DNA from: an uncultured Candidatus Rokubacteria bacterium
Lineage (GTDB): Bacteria > Methylomirabilota > Methylomirabilia > Rokubacteriales > CSP1-6
Length of the DNA: 64,000 bases
Reading direction: 5' to 3'
Assembly: GCA_963771355.1 (NCBI GenBank)
Contig: CAVYTA010000007.1
Coordinates: forward strand, 256,001 to 320,000
The notes beneath the pieces are model-generated. The model did no database searches. It was given only the letters and a program-made list of their open reading frames with translations, and had not been told where the DNA came from. Position 1 is the first letter of the stretch, and every line of letters starts with the position of its first letter. Positions 1 to 9,392 of this stretch are shown here, piece after piece. The position numbers and the translations under genes are program-made.

Positions 1-3
1 CGC

Positions 4-678
4 TCAGCGGAGCAGCGCGCGCAGGGCGGTGAGGGCTTCCCCGGCAAGGCCGGCCACGCGGGCCCGGCCCCGCGCGCCCGCGGCGAGATCGTGGGCCGCG
101 CCCTCGGCCACCACCAGCGCGGTCGGGGCGGACAGGCTCTGCCGCGCCGTCTCCAGCTCGGGCACCGTGGCAAAGGGATCGCGCGTGCCCTGGACGAACA
201 CCACCGGGATGGTCAGCGCGGGAAAATGCGCGGTGCGGAGCTCGCGCGGCCGCTCCGGCGGGTGCAGCGGATAGGAGAGGAGCAGCAGCGCGTCGGCGAG
301 CCCGGGCGCCTCCGCCGCGAGCATGGAGGCCTGGCGGCCGCCGTAGGAGTGGCCGCCCAGCACGAGGCGTCCGGGGGCGAAGGCGCGAAGCGCGGTCACG
401 GCATTCCGCAGTCCCGCGCGGTCGCGCTCGGCCCGCCCGCGCGGGGGCGGCCCGGTAGCCCGCTCCTGGCGAAAGGCCAGATCGCAGCGCAGCACCGTCC
501 AGCCCGCGTCGGTGAAGGCGGCCGCCATCTCGACGAGCACCGGCGCCTCGGCATTGCCACCGGCGCCGTGGGCGAGCACGAGGCCGTCGCCGTGGGCATC
601 GGCCGGGCGATGCAGCCAGCCCCGCACCGGCGGACCGGGCAGGCAATGGTCGTCGAAGCGCGTGACGGAGGGCGGCAC
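4..678 (-). CDS. alpha/beta hydrolase (KANL3/Tex30-like)
   Basis: HGAGG, GGHSYGG nucleophile elbow, [15 protein letters not shown] and a C-terminal His; GTG start chosen at 678. Confidence 0.8.
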   Translation of the reverse strand: MPPSVTRFDDHCLPGPPVRGWLHRPADAHGDGLVLAHGAGGNAEAPVLVEMAAAFTDAGWTVLRCDLAFRQERATGPPPRGRAERDRAGLRNAVTALRAFAPGRLVLGGHSYGGRQASMLAAEAPGLADALLLLSYPLHPPERPRELRTAHFPALTIPVVFVQGTRDPFATVPELETARQSLSAPTALVVAEGAAHDLAAGARGRARVAGLAGEALTALRALLR

Positions 679-760
679 GGGCCCCGATCTTGCCCCCACC
701 CGGCGAGTCAGGCAAGATGGTCGAGCAGAGACGTCAATACGGTTCGATGAGGAGATCCCC

Positions 761-1945
761 ATGGCAGACGCCGTCATCGTCTCGACCGCACGCACCCCGA
801 TCGGCCGCGCCTATCGCGGCGCGTTCAACAATACCCACGGCGCCACCCTCGCCGGCCACGTCATCGCCAGCGCCGTCCAGCGTGCGGGCATCGAGCCCGG
901 CGAGGTGGAGGACGTGATCCTCGGCTGCGCGCTGCCCGAGGGCGCCACCGGGCAGAACATCGCCCGCCAGGCCGCGCTGCGCGCCGGCCTGCCGGTGACC
1001 ACGGGCGGCGTGACGGTGAACCGCTTCTGCTCCTCCGGCATGCAGGCCATCGCCATGGCCGCCCAGCGCGTCATCGTGGACCGGGTGCCCATCATGGCCG
1101 CCGGCGGCGTGGAGTCCATCAGCCTCGTGCAGAACGAGCACTTCAACAATTTCCGCATCCACGAGCCCTGGCTGGACGAGCACAAGCCCGAGGTCTACAT
1201 GCCCATGATCGAGACCGCGGAGGTGGTGGCCAAGCGCTACTACGTCACCCGCGAGGTCCAGGACGAGTACGCGCTGGCGAGCCAGCAGCGGACGGCGGCC
1301 GGGCAGAAGTCCGGGCGATTCGCCGCCGAGATCGTCCCGCTCACCACGAAGAAGATCGTGCAGGACAAGACCACCGGGGAGACGCGCGAGGAGGAAGTGA
1401 CGCTCGCCCAGGACGAGGGCAATCGCCCCGACACCACCCTGGCCGGGCTCGCCGCCCTCAAGCCGGTGATGGGCGAGAAGGGCTTCATCACCGCGGGCAA
1501 CGCCAGCCAGCTCTCCGACGGCGCCTCCGCCTGCATCGTGATGGACGCCCGCCTCGCCGAGCAGCGGAATCTCAAGCCGCTCGGCATCTTCCGCGGCTAC
1601 ACGGTGGCCGCCTGCGAGCCCGACGAGATGGGCATCGGCCCGGTATTCGCGGTGCCGCGCCTCCTCGAGCGCTTCGGCCTCAAGATGGACCAGATCGACC
1701 TCTGGGAGCTGAACGAGGCCTTCGCGGTGCAGGTGGTGTACTGCCGCGACCGCCTGGGCATCCCGATGGACCGGCTCAACGTGGACGGCGGCGCCATCTC
1801 CATCGGCCATCCTTATGGAATGTCGGGCTCGCGCATGGTCGGCCACGCCCTCATCGAGGGCAAGCGGCGCGGCGCGAAGTACGTCGTCTGCACCATGTGC
1901 ATCGGCGGCGGGATGGGGGCGGCGGGGCTCTTCGAGGTCGCCTGA
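761..1945 (+). CDS. acetyl-CoA C-acyltransferase (thiolase)
   Basis: NRFCSSG, NEAFA, GHPYG and CIGGGMG motifs; GAGGAG RBS before ATG 761. Confidence 0.95.
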   Translation: MADAVIVSTARTPIGRAYRGAFNNTHGATLAGHVIASAVQRAGIEPGEVEDVILGCALPEGATGQNIARQAALRAGLPVTTGGVTVNRFCSSGMQAIAMAAQRVIVDRVPIMAAGGVESISLVQNEHFNNFRIHEPWLDEHKPEVYMPMIETAEVVAKRYYVTREVQDEYALASQQRTAAGQKSGRFAAEIVPLTTKKIVQDKTTGETREEEVTLAQDEGNRPDTTLAGLAALKPVMGEKGFITAGNASQLSDGASACIVMDARLAEQRNLKPLGIFRGYTVAACEPDEMGIGPVFAVPRLLERFGLKMDQIDLWELNEAFAVQVVYCRDRLGIPMDRLNVDGGAISIGHPYGMSGSRMVGHALIEGKRRGAKYVVCTMCIGGGMGAAGLFEVA

Positions 1946-3033
1946 TGCACGTCGGCCTCGCGGCGGTATTCCAGAACCCCGGCCGGGCGCGCACCGACTT
2001 CGAGGTCTACCAGGGGGAGCTGCGTCTGGCCGACCTCGCCGAGCCTCTGGGCTTCGAGTCGGTGTGGGGGGTGGAGCACCACTTCACCGACTACACCATG
2101 TGCCCGGACGTCCTGCAGTTCCTCACCTACATGGCGGGGCGGACCGAGCGCATCCAGCTCGGCTCCATGGTGGTGGTGCTGCCCTGGCACGACCCCATGC
2201 GGGTGGCGGAGGAGATCGCCATGCTCGACAACATCTCGGGCGGGCGTCTCATCCTGGGGCTCGGCCGGGGCGCGGGCAAGGTGGAGTTCGACGGCTTTCG
2301 GCAGTCGATGGACGAGTCGCGTCCGCGCTTCGTGGAGAGCGCCCAGATGCTGCTGCGCGGGCTGGAGACGGGCTTCTGCGAATACGACGGCACCTACGTG
2401 CAGCAGCCGCGCGCGGCCATCCGGCCCGCGCCCTTCAAGTCGTTCCGCGGCCGCACCTATGCGGCGGCGGTGTCGCCGGAGTCGGCGCGCATCATGGCCG
2501 AGCTGGGGGTGGGCATCCTGATCATCCCCCAGAAGCCCTGGGCGGAAGTGGCCCGCGAGCTGGACGACTACCGCGCGCTCTACCGAGGGGTCAACGGCGT
2601 GGAGGCGCCGCCGCCCATCTCCGCGGGCTGGACCTTCTGCGACGAGAGCGCGGACCGGGCCCGCGAGCTGGCGCGCCGGTACATCGGCGGCTATTTCCAG
2701 TCGGTGCTCGCGCACTACCGGTTCGGCGACGACCACCTCGTCAAGACCAAGGGCTACGAGTACTACGGCAAGATGACCGAGAAGATCCACACCTACGGGG
2801 AGGACACCGTGGTGGACTTCTTCGTGAACCTCCAGGTGTGGGGCACGCCGGAGCAGTGCTACGAGAAGATCCTCGACATCCGGCGGCGCACCGGCAACAC
2901 GCACTTCGTGGGCGTCTTCTCCTATGCCGGCATGCCGTGGGCGGAGGCGGAGCGCAACATGCGCCTGTTCGCGCGAGACGTCATGCCCGCGCTGCAGAAG
3001 CTCGAGCAGCCGACGGAGCCGGCGGCGCGATGA
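1945..3033 (+). CDS. LLM-class flavin-dependent oxidoreductase
   Basis: WGVEHHF, PWHDPMRVAEE, GRLILGLGRG; TGATG overlap with thiolase. Confidence 0.9.
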   Translation: MHVGLAAVFQNPGRARTDFEVYQGELRLADLAEPLGFESVWGVEHHFTDYTMCPDVLQFLTYMAGRTERIQLGSMVVVLPWHDPMRVAEEIAMLDNISGGRLILGLGRGAGKVEFDGFRQSMDESRPRFVESAQMLLRGLETGFCEYDGTYVQQPRAAIRPAPFKSFRGRTYAAAVSPESARIMAELGVGILIIPQKPWAEVARELDDYRALYRGVNGVEAPPPISAGWTFCDESADRARELARRYIGGYFQSVLAHYRFGDDHLVKTKGYEYYGKMTEKIHTYGEDTVVDFFVNLQVWGTPEQCYEKILDIRRRTGNTHFVGVFSYAGMPWAEAERNMRLFARDVMPALQKLEQPTEPAAR

Positions 3034-4628
3034 GCGCGACCGTCACCCCCGCCGCCCTCGGCACCCTGATGAGCGGGACGGTGCCCCATGCCGTGCTCGA
3101 CCTGCGCGAGCGCGCCGCCTACGAGCGGGGCCACATCTACTGGACCACGTCCCTGCCGCGGCGCCTCCTGGAGACGCGCCTGCCCTCCCTGGTGACGGCC
3201 CCCTCCACGCCCATCGTCCTGATCGACGAGGACGGGAGCCTCTCCGAGCTCGCCCGGCCCACGCTGGCGGCCATGGGCTACACCGACGTCCGCGTCCTCG
3301 CCGGCGGTCTGAGCGCCTGGCGGGCGGGGGATCGGCCCACCGTGCAGGGCCTCAACGTGCCGAGCAAGGTGTTCGGGGAGCGCGCGCTGCACGAGTTCAA
3401 GACCCCGCAGGTGTCCTGCCCGGAGCTCGCCAAGCGGCTCGCCAGCGGCCACGACATGGTGATCGTGGACTCGCGCACGCCCGAGGAGTATCACCGCGGC
3501 TGCATCCCCGGCGCCTGGAGCATGCCCGGGGGCGAGCTGGTGCTGCGCATCGGCGAGGTGGTGGCGCGGCCCGACCAGACCATCGTGGTCCACTGCGGCG
3601 GGCGCACGCGCTCCTATATCGGAGCGGAGTCGCTGCGCCGCATGGGCCTGCCCAACCCCATCATCGCGCTCGAGAACGGGACGATGGGATGGCAGCTGGC
3701 GGGGCTGGAGCTCGAGCGGGGCGCCGAGCGCTGGGCGCCGGCTCCCTCCCCGCGCGGCCGGGCGGTGGCCGCCGAGGTAGCGGGCCGAGTGGCCAGGAGC
3801 GACGGCCTTCGCGGGGTGACGGCAGACGAGCTCAAGGACATGCAGGCGCGCCGCGCGGACGAGAACCTTTACGTCTTCGACGTGCGCACTACCGAGGAGT
3901 ACGCGGCGGGACATCCCGCGGGGGCGGTGTGGGCGCCCGGCGGCCAGGCGGTGCAGGCCATCGACGACTACCTCGCGGTGCGTGGCGCCCAGATCGTCTT
4001 CGTCTGCGACGATGGCAGCCGGGCCGCGCTGACCGCGGCATGGTACGGGCGCCTGGGCTTCCGCAAGGTCGCCTACCTCGAGGGCGGGCTTCCCGCGTGG
4101 CAGGCGGCGGGCGGCGCCCTCGAGGCGGGCCATCCCGTCCCTGCGACCTGGGGGCTGGAGGCCGCGTGGGCCGGCGTGGCGACGGTAGCGCCCGGCGCGC
4201 TGGGCGCTGCCCTCGTGCTCAGCGTTGATCCCAGCGACGTCTATCTCCGCGCGCACGTGCCCGGGGCGGCCTGGCTCTGCCGGAGCCGCCTCGAGACGCG
4301 CATCGGCGCCGTGGCCCCGAACCGGGCCCGGGCGCTGGTGCTGACCTGCGCCGACGGCGCGCAGTCCACCCTCGCCGCCGCCACGCTCGCGCGCCTCGGA
4401 TACTCGTCGGTCCGCGTCCTCGCGGGCGGGGTGCGCGCCTGGCAGGCGGCGGGGCAGCCGGTGGAGGCGGGTCCGACCCGGCTCCTCGACGAGGCGGACG
4501 ACGTGGTGCTCAAGCCCTACGAGCGCGGCCGCGCGGCCATGGAGGCCTATCTCCGCTGGGAGGAGGCACTCGACCTCGAGGGCCGGAGCCCGCACGCGTT
4601 GCTCCCCGACGCGCGCGCGCGGCGATGA
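3030..4628 (+). CDS. four-domain rhodanese-related sulfurtransferase
   Basis: repeated D(V/L/S)R..EY..GHIPGA and LxGG..AW motifs; HCGGRTRS loop; ATGA overlap. Confidence 0.85.
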   Translation: MSATVTPAALGTLMSGTVPHAVLDLRERAAYERGHIYWTTSLPRRLLETRLPSLVTAPSTPIVLIDEDGSLSELARPTLAAMGYTDVRVLAGGLSAWRAGDRPTVQGLNVPSKVFGERALHEFKTPQVSCPELAKRLASGHDMVIVDSRTPEEYHRGCIPGAWSMPGGELVLRIGEVVARPDQTIVVHCGGRTRSYIGAESLRRMGLPNPIIALENGTMGWQLAGLELERGAERWAPAPSPRGRAVAAEVAGRVARSDGLRGVTADELKDMQARRADENLYVFDVRTTEEYAAGHPAGAVWAPGGQAVQAIDDYLAVRGAQIVFVCDDGSRAALTAAWYGRLGFRKVAYLEGGLPAWQAAGGALEAGHPVPATWGLEAAWAGVATVAPGALGAALVLSVDPSDVYLRAHVPGAAWLCRSRLETRIGAVAPNRARALVLTCADGAQSTLAAATLARLGYSSVRVLAGGVRAWQAAGQPVEAGPTRLLDEADDVVLKPYERGRAAMEAYLRWEEALDLEGRSPHALLPDARARR

Positions 4629-5473
4629 GCCCGGAGGCGCTTCCGCTCACCGTGAGCACGGAGTGGCTCGCCGCCCACCTGGGCGAGCCCGACCTGCGCG
4701 TGGTCGACGGGACGAATTATCTCCCGCATCTCAAGCGCGACGCCCACGCCGAGTACCGGCAGGCGCATATTCCCGGCGCCGTCTTCTTCGCCGTGGACGA
4801 GATCGCCGACACCTCGTCGCCGCTGCCCCACATGCTGCCCTCGCCGGAGGACTTCGCCAAGGCCATCGGCGCCCTCGGCATCGGCGACGGCGATCGCGTG
4901 GTGGCCTATGGCGGCAAGGGCATGATCGCCTCCGCGCGGGTGTGGTGGACCTTCCGCGTGTTCGGCTTCGAGCGCGTGAGCATCCTCGACGGCGGGCTGC
5001 CCAAGTGGCGCGCGGAGGGCCGCCCGCTCGAGGCGGGCGAGACGACGCCCGCCCCGCGCCGCTTCACCGCGCGCTTCCGGCCCGAGCTGGTGCGCGACCT
5101 CACCCAGTTGCGCGACAACCTCGAGCGTCCGCGCGAGCAGGTCGTGGACGCGCGCTCGCGCGGCCGATTCGCCGGCACCGAGGCCGAGCCGCGCGCCGGG
5201 CTGCGCGCGGGCCATATTCCCGCCAGTCGCAATCTTCCCTACGCGGAGCTCTTCGCCAAGGACGACACCCTGCTGCCGCCGGACGTGCTGCGGCACGCCT
5301 TCGAGGGCGAGGGGATCGACCTGGCCCGGCCCATCACCGCCACCTGCGGCTCCGGGGTCAGCGCCTGCGTGCTGGCGCTGGGCCTGGCCACGTTGGGTCG
5401 CCGGGACGTGGCCGTCTACGATGGCTCGTGGGCCGAGTGGGGCGGGCGCGCCGACACCCCGATCGAGAAGTAG
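4625..5473 (+). CDS. sseA: 3-mercaptopyruvate sulfurtransferase
   Basis: HIPGA, PHMLP, DARSRGRF, CGSGVSA active loop, YDGSWAEW. Confidence 0.92.
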   Translation: MSPEALPLTVSTEWLAAHLGEPDLRVVDGTNYLPHLKRDAHAEYRQAHIPGAVFFAVDEIADTSSPLPHMLPSPEDFAKAIGALGIGDGDRVVAYGGKGMIASARVWWTFRVFGFERVSILDGGLPKWRAEGRPLEAGETTPAPRRFTARFRPELVRDLTQLRDNLERPREQVVDARSRGRFAGTEAEPRAGLRAGHIPASRNLPYAELFAKDDTLLPPDVLRHAFEGEGIDLARPITATCGSGVSACVLALGLATLGRRDVAVYDGSWAEWGGRADTPIEK

Positions 5474-5513
5474 CCGCCCGCGCCGGGCCGATCTCGCGTC
5501 GCGCCCCGGCGAG

Positions 5514-7094
5514 TCAGTTGATACGTTTCGTCCGGCCGCCCCACTCCCGGTCGCGCAGCACGAACTTCTGGATCTTCCCGGTGGAGGTCTTGGGGAGATC
5601 GCCGAACTCCACCGCCGCGGGCGCCTTGAAGTGGGCGATGTGCTGCTTGCAGAACTCGATGATCTCGGCCTCGGTGGCGGCGCCGCCGGGCTTGAGGGTC
5701 ACGAAGGCCTTGGGCCGCTCGCCCCATTTTTCATCCGGGATGGCCACCACCGCGCACTCCATCACCGCGGGATGGCGCGCCACCGTCTGCTCCACCTCGA
5801 TGGTGGAGATGTTCTCGCCGCCCGAGATGATGATGTCCTTCTTCCGGTCGCGCAGCTCGATGTAGCCGTTGGGGTGCCAGACCCCGATATCCCCGGAGTG
5901 GAACCAGCCGCCGCGGAAGGACTCCGCGGTCGCCTCCGGATTGTCGAAGTAGCCCTTGGCCACGTTGTTGCCGACCATGATGACCTCGCCGAGCGTCTGG
6001 CCGTCGCGGGGGACGTCGCCCATCTGCTCGTCCACCACGCGCACGAGGTCGAAGATCGCATAGCCCTGGCCCTGCCGCGCGGCGAGGCCGGCCTGCTCAT
6101 CGGGCGGCAGCTGGTCCCACTCCGGATGCCACTCGCAGACGGTGTGGGGCCCGTAGGTCTCGGTGAGGCCGTAGACGTGCACGGGGCGGAGGTTGAGCTC
6201 CTTGAGCTTGGCCAACAAGGTGGGGGAGGGGGGCGCGCCCGCCACCGTCACCGTCACCGGGCGCGCGAGCCGGTGCGCGGACGGATGATTGACCACCCCG
6301 ATCTGCACGGTGGGGGCGCCGTTGTAGTGGGTCACGCTTTCGGACTCGAGCAGCTCCCAGATCCGGCCCGCCTCCACGCGCCGCAGGCAGATATGGGTGC
6401 CGCCCACCGTGGTGACGCCCCAGGTGAAGCACCAGCCATTGCAGTGAAACATGGGCAGCGTCCAGAGATAGCGGGTATCGAAGCTCATGCCGGACTCGAT
6501 CACCTCGCCCACCGCGTTCACCCAGGCACCGCGGTGGCTGTACATCACCCCCTTGGGCCGTCCGGTGGTGCCCGAGGTGTAGTTGATCGAGATGGTCTCT
6601 TCCTCGTCCTCCAGCCAGCTCTCGACGGGCGCGGGGGAGCCGGTGGCGAGGAAGTCCTCGTAGGGATCGCCCGGCGCGCCGGTGTCGTCCACCCGCACCA
6701 CCCGCAGCCCGGTGAGGTCCAGCGGCTTCACCACCGATTCGAACTCGGCGTCCACGAAGAGGAACTTCGAGCCGGAGTGCTTGAGGATATAGCCGATCTC
6801 GTCGGTGGACAGCCGGATGTTGATCGCGACCAGGATGCCGCCGGCCGCGGGCACGCCGTAGTGCGCCTCCAGCATCGCCGGGATATTGGGGCAGAGAAAC
6901 GCCACGCGATCGTGCTTGGCCAGGCCCGCCGCGCGGAGCGCCGAGGCGAGACGGTGCACCCGCTCCTGATGCTGGCGGTAGCTGTAGCGCCGAGCCCCGT
7001 GGATGACGGCGACCTTGTCCGGGAAGACATAGGCGCTCCGCTCGAGGAAGCTCAGCGGGGTGAGCTCGGTGCGGTAGACGTTCTTGCGCTTCAT
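5514..7094 (-). CDS. acyl-CoA synthetase (AMP-binding)
   Basis: YTSGTTGRPKG, YGLTE, FHSGD, KTSTGKIQK. Confidence 0.93.
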   Translation of the reverse strand: MKRKNVYRTELTPLSFLERSAYVFPDKVAVIHGARRYSYRQHQERVHRLASALRAAGLAKHDRVAFLCPNIPAMLEAHYGVPAAGGILVAINIRLSTDEIGYILKHSGSKFLFVDAEFESVVKPLDLTGLRVVRVDDTGAPGDPYEDFLATGSPAPVESWLEDEEETISINYTSGTTGRPKGVMYSHRGAWVNAVGEVIESGMSFDTRYLWTLPMFHCNGWCFTWGVTTVGGTHICLRRVEAGRIWELLESESVTHYNGAPTVQIGVVNHPSAHRLARPVTVTVAGAPPSPTLLAKLKELNLRPVHVYGLTETYGPHTVCEWHPEWDQLPPDEQAGLAARQGQGYAIFDLVRVVDEQMGDVPRDGQTLGEVIMVGNNVAKGYFDNPEATAESFRGGWFHSGDIGVWHPNGYIELRDRKKDIIISGGENISTIEVEQTVARHPAVMECAVVAIPDEKWGERPKAFVTLKPGGAATEAEIIEFCKQHIAHFKAPAAVEFGDLPKTSTGKIQKFVLRDREWGGRTKRIN

Positions 7095-7202
7095 GTCGAG
7101 GCCTCCACGATGGGGACGAGATGGCGGGCACGCGCCCGACCAAGTCTACCGAGCGCGGGCGACCTTTGCCAGCGCCTTGGCGGCGCGTGCTACCGTGCGC
7201 GG

Positions 7203-7925
7203 GTGAGCCTGGACTGGATCGCCGCCGCCGGCATCGTCGCGGCGGCCAGCTTCGTCCAGGGGCTGGCCGGCTTCGGCATCGGGCTGGTGGCCCTTGCCTT
7301 CCTGCCCTTTCTCATCTCGCCGACCGACGCCGTCGTCCTGACGACCCTCTACGCCACCGTGTTCTGCGCGGTGATCTTCGTCCCGCTGCGGCGCGATTTC
7401 CTGGTGGAGGGCGTCGACATGTTGCTGGTCGGAAGCGTTCTCGGGACACCGCTAGGGGTCTGGGTGCTGACGCGCGTGTCCGCGTCCCAGCTCGCGCGGC
7501 TCATCGGCGCCGTCCTCGTCCTGATCGTGGCGCTCGAGTGGAGCGGTCTCAACCCCCGGCAGCTGCCGGGTCGCGCGTGGGGCCTCGCGGCCGGCCTGCT
7601 CTCGGGCGTGGTGGGCGGCGCGGTGGGCACACCGGGTCCGCCCGCCCTCCTCTACATGGCCGCCCAGGGCTGGAGCCCGCGGACCATCAAGGCCAATCTC
7701 CAGGCCTTCCTGGTGATGAACCAGCTGGTCATCCTCATCGGTTACTGGTGGGCGGGCCTCCTCACGCGCGAGGTGTGGCGGTTCGCCGCCGTTTTCGCGG
7801 TGCCCGCGGCGATCGGGCTCCTCGCCGGCATGAGTGTCTTCGATCACGTCGACCCGCCGCGCTTCCGCCGCATCGTCTTCGGTATCCTGCTCGCCTCGGG
7901 CGTGGTGCTCCTCGTGCGCGGCTAA
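7203..7925 (+). CDS. TauE/SafE (TSUP) family transporter
   Basis: multi-TM; GLAGFGIG and GGAVGTPGPP repeats. Confidence 0.85.
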   Translation: MSLDWIAAAGIVAAASFVQGLAGFGIGLVALAFLPFLISPTDAVVLTTLYATVFCAVIFVPLRRDFLVEGVDMLLVGSVLGTPLGVWVLTRVSASQLARLIGAVLVLIVALEWSGLNPRQLPGRAWGLAAGLLSGVVGGAVGTPGPPALLYMAAQGWSPRTIKANLQAFLVMNQLVILIGYWWAGLLTREVWRFAAVFAVPAAIGLLAGMSVFDHVDPPRFRRIVFGILLASGVVLLVRG

Positions 7926-8005
7926 CGGCGGGGGGTGACTCTACCGTCTGGACACGGCGCGCCGCTTGGCCTAACGTGGCGGCGCGTGTGAAGGGGGGAG
8001 GCGCC

Positions 8006-8779
8006 ATGGAGCGGCGGTTCGTGGACAAGGTGGTGGTCGTCACGGGAGCGGCGGGGGGCATCGGTCGCGCGGCGGCGACCCGCCTCGGTGCCGAGGGGGC
8101 GCGGCTCGTCCTGGTGGACGTCAACGCGGGCGGCCTCGCCGAGACCATGGCCGCGGTGGAGCGCGCCGGCGGCCGGGCGCTGGTGGTGGAGGCCGACGTC
8201 ACGCGCCTCGCCGAGGTGCAGCGCTACGTGGCGGCGTCGGTCGAGCGCTGGGGCGGCATCGACGGCTTCTTCAACAACGCGGGCATCCTGGGCGTGGTGA
8301 GCCCCCTGGTGGACTATCCGGAGACCACCTTCGACCGGGTCATCGCGGTGAACGTGAAGAGCGTCTGGCTCGGGCTCAAGGTGGTGGCCCCGACCATGAT
8401 CGCGCGGGGGGGCGGCGTGATCGTCAATACCGCGTCCATCGCCGGGCTGCGCGGCTCCCCGAACCTCGTGGCCTATACCGCCAGCAAGCACGCGGTGATC
8501 GGGCTCACCCGTACCGCGGCCATCGAGCTGGCCCGGCAGGGCGTGCGGGTGAACGCGGTGTGCCCGGCCCCCATCGAGACGGCGATGACGGACGCGCTGG
8601 AGGGCGGCTTCAATCCGAAAGATCCGCGGGCCGCCCACGACCGTCTCGCCGCCACCATCCCCATGCGCCGCTATGGCAAGCCCGACGAGGTGGCGGCGCT
8701 GGTGGCTTTTCTCATGAGCCCGGAGGCGTCCTACATCAACGGCGGCATCTACACGGTCGACGGCGGGGCGATGTCCTAG
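8006..8779 (+). CDS. SDR family oxidoreductase
   Basis: TGAAGGIG, NNAG, YTASK, VDGG. Confidence 0.93.
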   Translation: MERRFVDKVVVVTGAAGGIGRAAATRLGAEGARLVLVDVNAGGLAETMAAVERAGGRALVVEADVTRLAEVQRYVAASVERWGGIDGFFNNAGILGVVSPLVDYPETTFDRVIAVNVKSVWLGLKVVAPTMIARGGGVIVNTASIAGLRGSPNLVAYTASKHAVIGLTRTAAIELARQGVRVNAVCPAPIETAMTDALEGGFNPKDPRAAHDRLAATIPMRRYGKPDEVAALVAFLMSPEASYINGGIYTVDGGAMS

Positions 8780-8807
8780 TGGATGGCCGGGCGACGAGAG
8801 GGAGGTC

Positions 8808-9392
8808 GTGATGCGGATCGGGATCCTGCTCTTCGAGGGCGCGGAAGAGCTCGACTGGGCCGGGCCCTGGGAGGTGCTGGCCGCGTGGGCGCACCAGCAT
8901 CAGGACGGCGTCGAGGTCTTCACGATCGCGCAGACGACCGCCCCGGTGACCTGCGCGAAAGGCCTCCGCGTGCTCCCGGACAAGACCGTCGCTGAAGCGG
9001 GCGCGCTCGACGTCGTGATCGTGCCGGGTGGTCGCGGCACCCGCGCGCTGATCGAGGACAAGGTGACGCATGACTGGCTTCATGGCCTCGCCGCGCGCGG
9101 CACGCTGGTCACCAGCGTGTGCACGGGCTCGCTGGTGCTCGCCGGCGCCGGGCTGCTCCGGAACCGTCCGGCGACGACGTGGTGGGGTGCCCTCGACCGG
9201 CTGCGCGAGCTCGACGGGACGATCGAGGTGCGACCCAACGCGCGCTTCGTCGACAGTGGCGCGGTGGTCACCGCGGCCGGGGTGTCGGCCGGCATCGACA
9301 TGGCCCTGCACCTGGTCGCGCGCCTGCACTCCGTGGAGCGCGCCCGCGAGGTGCGCCGCTACATCCAGTACGATCCCGAGCCGCCGGTCTAG
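8808..9392 (+). CDS. DJ-1/PfpI family protein
   Basis: EELDWAGP, VPGG, SVCTGS, AGVSAGID. Confidence 0.9.
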   Translation: MMRIGILLFEGAEELDWAGPWEVLAAWAHQHQDGVEVFTIAQTTAPVTCAKGLRVLPDKTVAEAGALDVVIVPGGRGTRALIEDKVTHDWLHGLAARGTLVTSVCTGSLVLAGAGLLRNRPATTWWGALDRLRELDGTIEVRPNARFVDSGAVVTAAGVSAGIDMALHLVARLHSVERAREVRRYIQYDPEPPV

